Virus record (IMG/VR): IMGVR_UViG_2693429676_000008
Strand: one strand, 5' to 3'
Length of the DNA stretch: 5,357 nt
Source: a virus
Lineage: Duplodnaviria; Heunggongvirae; Uroviricota; Caudoviricetes
Shown here: one piece after another, positions 1 to 5,133 of the stretch
How the letters are laid out: every line of letters begins with the position of its first letter
Numbering within the stretch: position 1 is the first letter of the stretch
Notes under the pieces: generated by a model
The model's input: the letters and a program-made list of their open reading frames with translations, nothing else
What the model was told of the DNA's origin: nothing
Database searches by the model: none
Program-made: the position numbers and the translations under genes

Positions 1-2
1 AA

Positions 3-341
3 GATGAGTTAAGCAATATCGTTTTATTTCCGGTAAAAGAGGATGACCCTCGTAATCAGGTTAATTTTCTTTATGAGCCATCGGAAAGACCATATTGCCA
101 TCACGCCTCTGTCCGGGTTGACGAAAAAGAGCGTCAGGTCCGCTGTAAAATCTGCGGTGCGGTTGTGGAGCCGTTTGACTGGATGCTCTCTGTGGCAAAA
201 AGAGAAACCAGACTGGCAGATGATGTAAGGCTATTGCGCCAGGAGGAACAGGAAAGGCGGAGAAATATAGAAAAGCTGATACAGATTGAGCGTAACGCGA
301 AAGCGCGGATACGCAGGGCGACAAAATCCAGAACTGAATAA
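3..341 (+). CDS. 3'-terminal part (about 112 codons) of a protein-coding gene that starts upstream of the window; hypothetical protein with a Cys-His-His...CxxC segment followed by a basic, coiled-coil-like tail
   Basis: Frame 3 is open from the window edge to TAA at 339-341; the ORF track misses it because the start codon lies outside the window. Translation ...YCHHASVRVDEKERQVRCKICGAVVEPFDWMLSVAKRETRLADDVRLLRQEEQERRRNIEKLIQIERNAKARIRRATKSRTE* is protein-like, whereas the competing antisense ORF 61-438 is low-complexity. No family recognised. Confidence 0.45.
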   Translation, partial: DELSNIVLFPVKEDDPRNQVNFLYEPSERPYCHHASVRVDEKERQVRCKICGAVVEPFDWMLSVAKRETRLADDVRLLRQEEQERRRNIEKLIQIERNAKARIRRATKSRTE

Positions 342-488
342 TTAAATTTAGCACTGTTAAAAATTTAATCCTTAACCGGAGGGATTTCTGCACCCTCAAA
401 TCATCAGGAGACCACCCGAAAGGGCGGGGAGCAGTCACACATCTGTTTCCGATAGCCCCGTTCTAATGCTACACTCTTTGATATTTTT

Positions 489-1175
489 ATGACCCCAATA
501 AACATATTTATGACAGTTGCTGATTTCAAACGGCCCAAATTGGAGCTCCCAAACGGGGCAAACAAACTACTACTGCACTCTTGCTGTGCTCCATGTTCCG
601 GTGAGGTGATGGAGGCGCTTCAGGCCTCGGGAATCGACTACACCATCTTTTTCTACAACCCGAACATTCATCCTCAGAAAGAGTATTTAATTCGTAAGGA
701 TGAGAATATTCGCTTTGCTGAACAACACGGCGTGCCGTTTATTGATGCTGATTACGACACAGACAACTGGTTTGAACGAGCCAAAGGAATGGAATGGGAG
801 CCCGAACGAGGGATCCGTTGCACCATGTGTTTTGACATGCGTTTTGAGCGGACAGCGCTGTACGCCGCTGAAAATGGTTTCAGTGTGATCAGCAGTTCAC
901 TGGGCATTTCACGCTGGAAAAATATGCAGCAGGTTAACGACTGTGGGCGGCGAGCCGTCGCGCATTATCCGGGCATGGTGTACTGGGATTATAACTGGCG
1001 CAAGCAGGGCGGCTCGTCCCGTATGATTGAAATCAGCAAGCGCGAAAAATTCTATCAGCAGGAATATTGTGGCTGTGTGTATTCTCTGCGCGATACCAAT
1101 CTACACCGCAAATCTCAGGGACGCCCTCTTATCAAAATTGGTCAACTCCACTACGGTAAAGAAGAGAAGGAGTGA
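489..1175 (+). CDS. queH: QueH-like (DUF208 family) putative cobalamin-independent epoxyqueuosine reductase homologue
   Basis: 228-codon ORF with the N-terminal HSCCAPCS motif, a central RCTMC motif and a C-terminal YCGCVYS motif, the cysteine pattern I associate with the QueH/DUF208 Fe-S family. Start is uncertain (ATG 489 or in-frame ATG 510; neither has a strong Shine-Dalgarno). Assignment is from motif memory, not a search. Confidence 0.75.
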   Translation: MTPINIFMTVADFKRPKLELPNGANKLLLHSCCAPCSGEVMEALQASGIDYTIFFYNPNIHPQKEYLIRKDENIRFAEQHGVPFIDADYDTDNWFERAKGMEWEPERGIRCTMCFDMRFERTALYAAENGFSVISSSLGISRWKNMQQVNDCGRRAVAHYPGMVYWDYNWRKQGGSSRMIEISKREKFYQQEYCGCVYSLRDTNLHRKSQGRPLIKIGQLHYGKEEKE

Positions 1176-1196
1176 TTTTATGGGGCACCTTTCTGA

Positions 1197-1226
1197 TTGA
1201 TTTCATATTGGCGAGGTAAGTAGAAT
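1197..1226 (+). promoter_or_regulatory. Candidate sigma70 promoter for the hok mRNA (-35 TTGATT 1197-1202, 18-nt spacer, -10 TAGAAT 1221-1226)
   Basis: Good hexamers with acceptable spacing, placing the transcript start near 1233, exactly where the hok-mRNA-like 5' sequence GGGUGCUUGAGGCU begins. Confidence 0.4.
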
Positions 1227-1289
1227 GACTGCGGGTGCTTGAGGCTATCTGCTTCAGGCATGAACACCAAAAGGCAGATAGAGAAAAGC

Positions 1290-1354
1290 CCCAGTTAACA
1301 TTACGCGTCCGGCAAGACGCTTAACATTAATCTGAGGCCAATTTCATGCTTTGC
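1290..1354 (-). ncRNA. sok: Putative Sok-like antisense RNA (approximate boundaries) complementary to the hok mRNA leader and mok translation-initiation region
   Basis: Expected by analogy with hok/sok loci. Candidate minus-strand promoter: -35 TTGCCT (1389-1384), 17-nt spacer, weak -10 TAACCT (1366-1361), start near 1354. The 3' end is not defined by a clear terminator, so coordinates are approximate. Confidence 0.3.
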
Positions 1355-1558
1355 ACATGTAGGTTAGCCTCTTACATGCCGAAAGGCAAGGAGAAGCAGG
1401 CTATGAAGCAGCAAAAGGCGATGTTAATCGCCCTGATCGTCATCTGTTTAACCGTCATTGTGACGGCACTGGTAACGAGGAAAGACCTCTGTGAGGTACG
1501 AATCCGAACCGGCCAGACGGAGGTCGCTGTCTTCGTAGACTACGAATCCAGGAAGTAA
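1346..1558 (+). CDS. mok: mok-like reading frame (in-frame N-terminal extension of hok; modulator of killing)
   Basis: ATG 1346 preceded by GAGG (1334-1337). The N-terminal extension MLCTCRLASYMPKGKEKQAM has the same pattern as chromosomal MokC as I remember it (ML.TCR....K.KEK.AM), then continues in frame into hok. Confidence 0.5.
   Translation: MLCTCRLASYMPKGKEKQAMKQQKAMLIALIVICLTVIVTALVTRKDLCEVRIRTGQTEVAVFVDYESRK
1403..1558 (+). CDS. hok: Hok/Gef family type I toxin (51 aa, single transmembrane helix), closest to the HokC/HokD subfamily
   Basis: Translation MKQQKAMLIALIVICLTVIVTALVTRKDLCEVRIRTGQTEVAVFVDYESRK matches the Hok/Gef family almost residue for residue against remembered HokD/HokC. 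Preceded by the RBS AAGGAGAAG. The surrounding mRNA has the conserved hok leader (GCUUGAGGCU..UAGCCUCUUAC..GCAAGGAGAAG) and 3' elements. Confidence 0.85.
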   Translation: MKQQKAMLIALIVICLTVIVTALVTRKDLCEVRIRTGQTEVAVFVDYESRK

Positions 1559-1610
1559 GAGTGACCGGGCGGGGAGCTGATCCCATCCCCGCCCACCTCT
1601 GATGTGTCAG

Positions 1611-1627
1611 GCATCCTCAACGCACCC
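1611..1627 (+). other. fbi-like (fold-back inhibition) element in the hok mRNA 3' region, complementary to the mRNA 5' end
   Basis: CCUCAA-C-GCACCC (1615-1627) is the reverse complement, with a 1-nt bulge, of the predicted 5' end GGGUGC UUGAGG (1233-1244). A 9-bp GC-rich hairpin (1567-1575 with 1586-1594) lies between the hok stop and this element. Confidence 0.4.
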
Positions 1628-1633
1628 GCACTT

Positions 1634-1678
1634 AACCCGCCCATCGCTGTGATCTCTCAGCGTTTCGGCGGGTTTTTT
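1634..1678 (+). terminator. Rho-independent terminator of the hok transcript
   Basis: Stem CCCGCC (1636-1641) pairs with GGCGGG (1667-1672), with an inner CGCUG/CAGCG helix, followed by T6 (1673-1678). Confidence 0.6.
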
Positions 1679-1698
1679 GTTGTTTATTTCCGGTGAAT

Positions 1699-1726
1699 TT
1701 GATTCGCGCACCTTCGCAGATAGAAT
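1699..1726 (+). promoter_or_regulatory. Candidate sigma70 promoter (-35 TTGATT 1699-1704, 16-nt spacer, -10 TAGAAT 1721-1726) for the downstream small ORF
   Basis: Hexamers identical to those of the hok promoter, located just after the hok terminator and about 80 bp upstream of the ORF starting at 1808. Confidence 0.3.
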
Positions 1727-1807
1727 CGACTCACTTAAGTAGCGCGCAGGGAGAAGAGGGATGGACCCCGAACAGGGGAGAGCTATTTATCTGGAAGGAT
1801 TCTGAAG

Positions 1808-2095
1808 ATGAAAATCGAAGAATTGCGTGAAATTTTTAGTGAAAATGGCCTCTATGCTGTGCGCGTTGAGAATGGAGCGATTGTCAGCCATTGCCGCATT
1901 AGATGTTTGCAATCTCAACAAAGGAAGAGCGGTGCTGTGTTATTTTATTTTTGTAATGGACTTCTGACGGACGGTTTTATTTTGCGTGAGGACGAATTTG
2001 TCACATCATTACGGGTTTTGAAAGAGATTGGTTTTAAGGCTGGTTTTCTGCTTTTGCTGAAGAATAAACTCATCTACAATCTTGAGCAGGATTGA
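1808..2095 (+). CDS. Hypothetical small protein (95 aa), AT-rich moron-like ORF
   Basis: ATG 1808 preceded by GGAAGGA. Codon usage is visibly AT-rich compared with flanking genes. Sits where Qin-type prophages carry a small gene after hokD, but I do not recognise the sequence. Confidence 0.45.
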   Translation: MKIEELREIFSENGLYAVRVENGAIVSHCRIRCLQSQQRKSGAVLFYFCNGLLTDGFILREDEFVTSLRVLKEIGFKAGFLLLLKNKLIYNLEQD

Positions 2096-2133
2096 ACTCC
2101 TGCTGTGTAACACCGTGCCACCGGAGAAAGCCG

Positions 2134-2288
2134 ATGGCACATATACAACTGGTCAAACAAACCTCTTCCGGATTACTTCTCCCGGCGACGCCGGAGAGTT
2201 GCGATTTTCTGCATCAAATCAAAATAGGTGAGTGGATACACGCAGACTTTAAGCGTGTGTGTAACTACGCATTCCACAAGCGTTTTTT
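2134..2288 (+). pseudogene. 5' remnant (first about 51 codons) of a ybcN-like nin-region gene; sequence diverges after 2288 and is interrupted by IS1 at 2310
   Basis: 153 of 155 nt identical to the start of the ybcN-like gene at 3413-3567 (MAHIQL[V/I]KQTSSGLLLPATPESCDFLHQIKIGEWIHADFKRVCNYAFHKRF). The reading frame then runs LIVYFIR straight into the IS1 terminal inverted repeat. Confidence 0.6.
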
Positions 2289-2309
2289 GATAGTCTATTT
2301 CATTAGGTA

Positions 2310-2332
2310 GGTAATGACTCCAACTTATTGAT
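2310..2332. repeat. IS1 terminal inverted repeat (insB-proximal end)
   Basis: GGTAATGACTCCAACTTATTGAT read directly on the + strand. Confidence 0.9.
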
Positions 2333-2828
2333 AGTGTTTTATGTTCAGATAATGCCCGATGACTTTGTCATGCAGCTCCACCGATTTTGAGAACGACAGC
2401 GACTTCCGTCCCAGCCGTGCCAGGTGCTGCCTCAGATTCAGGTTATGCCGCTCAATTCGCTGCGTATATCGCTTGCTGATTACGTGCAGCTTTCCCTTCA
2501 GGCGGGATTCATACAGCGGCCAGCCATCCGTCATCCATATCACCACGTCAAAGGGTGACAGCAGGCTCATAAGACGCCCCAGCGTCGCCATAGTGCGTTC
2601 ACCGAATACGTGCGCAACAACCGTCTTCCGGAGACTGTCATACGCGTAAAACAGCCAGCGCTGGCGCGATTTAGCCCCGACATAGCCCCACTGTTCGTCC
2701 ATTTCCGCGCAGACGATGACGTCACTGCCCGGCTGTATGCGCGAGGTTACCGACTGCGGCCTGAGTTTTTTAAGTGACGTAAAATCGTGTTGAGGCCAAC
2801 GCCCATAATGCGTGCAGTTGCCCGGCAT
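2325..2828 (-). CDS. insB: IS1 InsB (C-terminal catalytic part of the InsAB' transposase, expressed by -1 frameshift)
   Basis: 167-aa translation [56 protein letters not shown]... matches IS1 InsB and overlaps insA at the frameshift window. Confidence 0.9.
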
Positions 2829-3022
2829 CCAACGCCATTCATGGCCATATCAATGATTTTCTGGTGCGTACCGGGTTGAGAAGCGGTGTAAGTGAACTGC
2901 AGTTGCCATGTTTTACGGCAGTGAGAGCAGAGATAGCGCTGATGTCCGGCAGTGCTTTTGCCGTTACGCACCACCCCGTCAGTAGCTGAACAGGAGGGAC
3001 AGCTGATAGAAACAGAAGCCAC
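2747..3022 (-). CDS. insA: IS1 InsA (transposition inhibitor and N-terminal part of the InsAB' transposase)
   Basis: 91-aa translation [91 protein letters not shown] matches IS1 InsA. Confidence 0.9.
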
Positions 3023-3054
3023 TGGAGCACCTCAAAAACACCATCATACACTAA

Positions 3055-3077
3055 ATCAGTAAGTTGGCAGCATCACC
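3055..3077. repeat. IS1 terminal inverted repeat (insA-proximal end)
   Basis: ATCAGTAAGTTGGCAGCATCACC on the + strand, the reverse complement of GGTGATGCTGCCAACTTACTGAT. Confidence 0.9.
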
Positions 3078-3128
3078 TTTTGTCTCTATGTTGATATAAC
3101 CGTTTGTACTTATAAACCTGGAGGCATC

Positions 3129-3341
3129 GTGGAAAAAATAAAGAAACTATTTAGTAGTAAATACGCAGTCATACGTCGTGATGACCTGTCAGTTATAGTC
3201 GAAATGGATTACTTCCCTGAAACCAAAAAATCAATGATGTATCGTAATGGTCGAAAGGCAATTTTTTTACCGATGAGGGTAAGTGACATTATGGGAAATG
3301 ATAAACTGCTGGATGAATTGCGAGTCAGAGCATCCTGTTAG
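3129..3341 (+). CDS. Hypothetical small protein (70 aa), AT-rich moron-like ORF with GTG start
   Basis: GTG 3129 preceded by GGAGG (3120-3124). AT-rich coding sequence immediately after the IS1 end. No family recognised. Confidence 0.4.
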   Translation: MEKIKKLFSSKYAVIRRDDLSVIVEMDYFPETKKSMMYRNGRKAIFLPMRVSDIMGNDKLLDELRVRASC

Positions 3342-3356
3342 TATTGGCATTAATTC

Positions 3357-3365
3357 TGGTATACT
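3357..3365 (+). promoter_or_regulatory. Candidate extended -10 promoter element (TGgTATACT) upstream of the ybcN-ybcO-Q gene string
   Basis: TGnTATACT lies between the stop of the small ORF (3341) and the ybcN-like start (3413). No properly spaced -35, which extended -10 promoters can tolerate. Confidence 0.25.
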
Positions 3366-3412
3366 ACATAACGGGCTGAACACCCATTCTACTGCGCCAG
3401 CGGAGAACTACG

Positions 3413-3916
3413 ATGGCGCATATACAACTGATCAAACAAACCTCTTCCGGATTACTTCTCCCGGCGACGCCGGAGAGTTGCGATTTTCTGCATCAAATCA
3501 AAATAGGTGAGTGGATACACGCAGACTTTAAGCGTGTGTGTAACTACGCATTCCACAAGCGTTTTTTCAAACTCCTGCAACTGGGATTCGATTACTGGAC
3601 TCCGGTCGGTGGGGCGATCACGCCTCGCGAACGAGAACTGCTGTCTGGTTTCGTTGATTACCTGTGCGAATCAGTAGGTCGGGAACATACGCCAGCTCTG
3701 AGCGAAGCCGCAGAGCAATATCTGAATACAGTTGCGACACGCAGAACCAGTGATACGGCATTGCTAAAGTCGTTTGAGGCTTTCCGCGAGTGGGTAGCCA
3801 TTCAGGCCGGATTTTACACCGAGCATTTTTATCCGGACGGTAGCCGTGGGTGTCGGGCGAAATCTATCGCGTTTGCGAATATGGACGAAACCGAGTTTCA
3901 GCAGGTTTATAAATAG
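3413..3916 (+). CDS. ybcN: ybcN-like (DUF1367-type) nin-region protein, C-terminally truncated by an internal tandem duplication that creates a TAG stop at the duplication junction
   Basis: ATG 3413 preceded by GGAGAA. The 167-aa product ends ...FANMDETEFQQVYK*. The same peptide recurs in the downstream duplicate and continues SVLNVLWNWILFRKFSSPEQVENVAAQLLEFA*, so the ancestral gene was about 199 codons. Family and name are from memory and from position immediately upstream of ybcO. Confidence 0.65.
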   Translation: MAHIQLIKQTSSGLLLPATPESCDFLHQIKIGEWIHADFKRVCNYAFHKRFFKLLQLGFDYWTPVGGAITPRERELLSGFVDYLCESVGREHTPALSEAAEQYLNTVATRRTSDTALLKSFEAFREWVAIQAGFYTEHFYPDGSRGCRAKSIAFANMDETEFQQVYK

Positions 3917-4117
3917 AGCAATATCTGAATACAGTTGCGACACGCAGAACCCGGGATACGGCATTGCTAAAGTCGTTTGAGGCTTTTCGCGAGTGGGTAA
4001 CCATTCAGGCTGGATTTTACACCGAACATTTTTATCCGGACGGTAGCCGCGGGCGTCGGGCAAAATCCATCGCTTTTGCGAATATGGACGAAACCGAGTT
4101 TCAGCAGGTTTATAAAT
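3712..4117. repeat. Tandem direct duplication, 2 x 203 bp (3712-3914 and 3915-4117), about 95% identical (11 mismatches counted by eye)
   Basis: Direct alignment of the two copies in the sequence. The unit is not a multiple of 3 and the junction reads AAA|TAG. Confidence 0.85.
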
Positions 4118-4215
4118 CTGTTCTGAATGTGCTGTGGAACTGGATTCTGTTCCGTAAATTTTCCTCTCCGGAACAAGTCGAAAATGTGGCCGCGCAGCTG
4201 CTGGAGTTTGCGTAA
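3913..4215 (+). pseudogene. Displaced 3' portion of the ybcN-like gene (second duplicate copy plus the unique C-terminal codons), lacking a proper start
   Basis: Frame 1 is open from 3913 to TAA 4213-4215 and encodes ...LKSFEAFREWVTIQAGFYTEHFYPDGSRGRRAKSIAFANMDETEFQQVYKSVLNVLWNWILFRKFSSPEQVENVAAQLLEFA. The only possible initiators are TTG 3964 or an internal ATG, with no RBS. Confidence 0.5.
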
Positions 4216-4505
4216 TGGTGGATTTACGTAAAGCGGCGCGGGGGCAGATGTGCACCGTCAGAATTCCTGGCTACTGCAATCACGATCCGGAAACGTCTGT
4301 GCTGGCGCATTACCGACTGGCGGGAACGTGCGGAACAGCGATAAAGCCACACGATATGCAGGCAGCGATTGCCTGTAGCTCGTGCCACGATTTAATCGAC
4401 GGGCGGGTAAAAACCAGCGATTACACCAAAGAAGAATTACGCCTGATGCATGCAGAAGGTGTTTTTCGCACACAAGAAATCTGGAGAAAGGAGGGATATT
4501 TATGA
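4215..4505 (+). CDS. ybcO: YbcO-like putative nuclease (DUF1364 family), lambdoid nin-region protein
   Basis: 96-aa product MVDLRKAARGQMCTVRIPGYCNHDPETSVLAHYRL...ACSSCHD... closely follows remembered E. coli DLP12 YbcO (M.DLRKAARG..C.VRIPG.CN..PETSVLAH). The start ATG overlaps the upstream TAA (TAATG). Confidence 0.8.
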   Translation: MVDLRKAARGQMCTVRIPGYCNHDPETSVLAHYRLAGTCGTAIKPHDMQAAIACSSCHDLIDGRVKTSDYTKEELRLMHAEGVFRTQEIWRKEGYL

Positions 4506-5056
4506 TTTACCCAACGAATACAGGAAAAAGCGGAGAACACCTTCGTCTCACCACGCTGGAAAGTGTCTGGATTCAGGGAAAACTACGTATGTGGGGGCGC
4601 TGGTCGTATATTGGTGGCGGTAAGACGGGGAATATGTTTAACCTGATGTTGACCTCTAAAAAGCTGACAAAAACGGCAATTAACGAGGCGCTCCGGAGGA
4701 TGAAAAAAGCAGGTCTGAACAAGTCTGAACTTGAGGCTTTTTTGCGGGATATGATTAACGGTAAGCAAAAGAGCTGGCTGGCGCATTGTACTGATGCAGA
4801 GGCGTTATGTATTGATCGGGTCATAAGTGAGGTGCTGGCAGAGCATCCAGGATTGATTAGCGTCCTTCGGCAACGGTATGAGGGGCGGGGGATGACCAAA
4901 CGCAAAATGGCTGAACTGCTGAATGATGCACACCCGAAATGGAGTTTAAGAACCTGTGAAAGACGCATTGAGCATTGGCTAAAGGTGGCAGAATTTATTT
5001 TGTACAAACCAATGGTTATGGCTTTTGGTATAGAGAAAAAAGTTATTGCTTTTTGA
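4502..5056 (+). CDS. Late-gene antiterminator Q, QuuD-type (Phage_antitermQ-like)
   Basis: ATG 4502 is preceded by GGAGGGA and overlaps the ybcO stop (ATGA). Shares the L.RWG.W...TSK and C.D..A..I pattern with remembered DLP12 QuuD. Followed by a promoter/terminator region and a tRNA, as downstream of Q in lambdoid and Stx phages. The longer ORF from 4382 is an unsupported upstream extension. Confidence 0.7.
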   Translation: MIYPTNTGKSGEHLRLTTLESVWIQGKLRMWGRWSYIGGGKTGNMFNLMLTSKKLTKTAINEALRRMKKAGLNKSELEAFLRDMINGKQKSWLAHCTDAEALCIDRVISEVLAEHPGLISVLRQRYEGRGMTKRKMAELLNDAHPKWSLRTCERRIEHWLKVAEFILYKPMVMAFGIEKKVIAF

Positions 5057-5100
5057 CGTAAAAACTGCTTCAATTCTTGTACGCTTCGCAAAGCTGTACC
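5053..5100 (+). promoter_or_regulatory. Candidate late promoter (pR'-like) and Q-utilisation region
   Basis: TTGACG (5053-5058) overlaps the Q stop codon and a terminator lies about 75 bp downstream, the geometry of a short 6S-like transcript. No convincing -10 hexamer could be pinned down. Confidence 0.25.
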
Positions 5101-5133
5101 GCGAGGCGAATAGCAGACATGGACATTTGAAAG

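Larger units (their letters stand above)
2310..3077 (-). mobile_element. IS1 insertion sequence, complete 768 bp, apparently intact
   Basis: Both terminal inverted repeats are present (GGTAATGACTCCAACTTATTGAT at 2310-2332; reverse complement of GGTGATGCTGCCAACTTACTGAT at 3055-3077). insA and insB are full length, and the A6C frameshift motif is present (plus-strand GAGTTTTTTAA at 2763-2773). Confidence 0.95.

Noticed and set aside
43-228. 61-aa ORF on the + strand
   Set aside because: Out-of-frame overlap with the open frame-3 coding region that runs to 341; the frame-3 product is far more protein-like.
61-438. 125-aa ORF on the minus strand
   Set aside because: Antisense to the protein-like 3' partial CDS (3-341); low-complexity, Pro/Ser/Leu-rich translation and no RBS. 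Judged a shadow ORF.
445-475. Candidate promoter for the queH-like gene (TTTCCG ... TACACT)
   Set aside because: The -35 is poor and alternative hexamers are equally plausible; too weak to annotate as a feature.
700-888. 62-aa ORF inside the queH-like gene in another frame
   Set aside because: Entirely nested in a gene with strong family motifs; alternative-frame artefact.
2092-2133. Upstream extension (MNSCCVTPCHRRKP...) of the ybcN 5' remnant
   Set aside because: The intact copy at 3413 starts at the corresponding MAHIQL, preceded by an RBS-like GGAGAA; the extension is just the unconstrained upstream frame.
2359-2649. 96-aa ORF on the + strand inside IS1
   Set aside because: Antisense to insB within a well-characterised element.
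2839-3051. 70-aa ORF on the minus strand inside IS1
   Set aside because: Alternative frame overlapping insA; not a known IS1 product.
3283-3510. 75-aa ORF spanning the orf70 3' end and the ybcN start
   Set aside because: Crosses an intergenic promoter region and overlaps two better-supported genes in other frames.
2134-3567. Possibility that the 155-bp direct repeats are a long target-site duplication of an inserted element
   Set aside because: Sequence immediately upstream of the two copies is homologous but diverged and downstream of copy A is unrelated, which fits two alleles joined by recombination rather than an exact duplication.
3712-4117. Possibility that the 203-bp tandem repeat is a CRISPR-like or satellite array
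   Set aside because: Only two copies, no spacer/repeat alternation, and it is coding sequence of a known gene family; it is a gene-internal duplication.
3764-4255. 163-aa and 69-aa minus-strand ORFs (3764-4255 and 3967-4176)
   Set aside because: Antisense to the ybcN-like sequence and its duplicate; their length is inflated by the tandem duplication, and the translations are not protein-like.
4258-4473. 71-aa minus-strand ORF
   Set aside because: Antisense to the confidently assigned ybcO-like gene.
4382-4501. N-terminal extension of the Q ORF (start at 4382, 224 aa)
   Set aside because: No RBS, lies entirely inside ybcO, and ATG 4502 has a strong GGAGGGA plus stop/start overlap.
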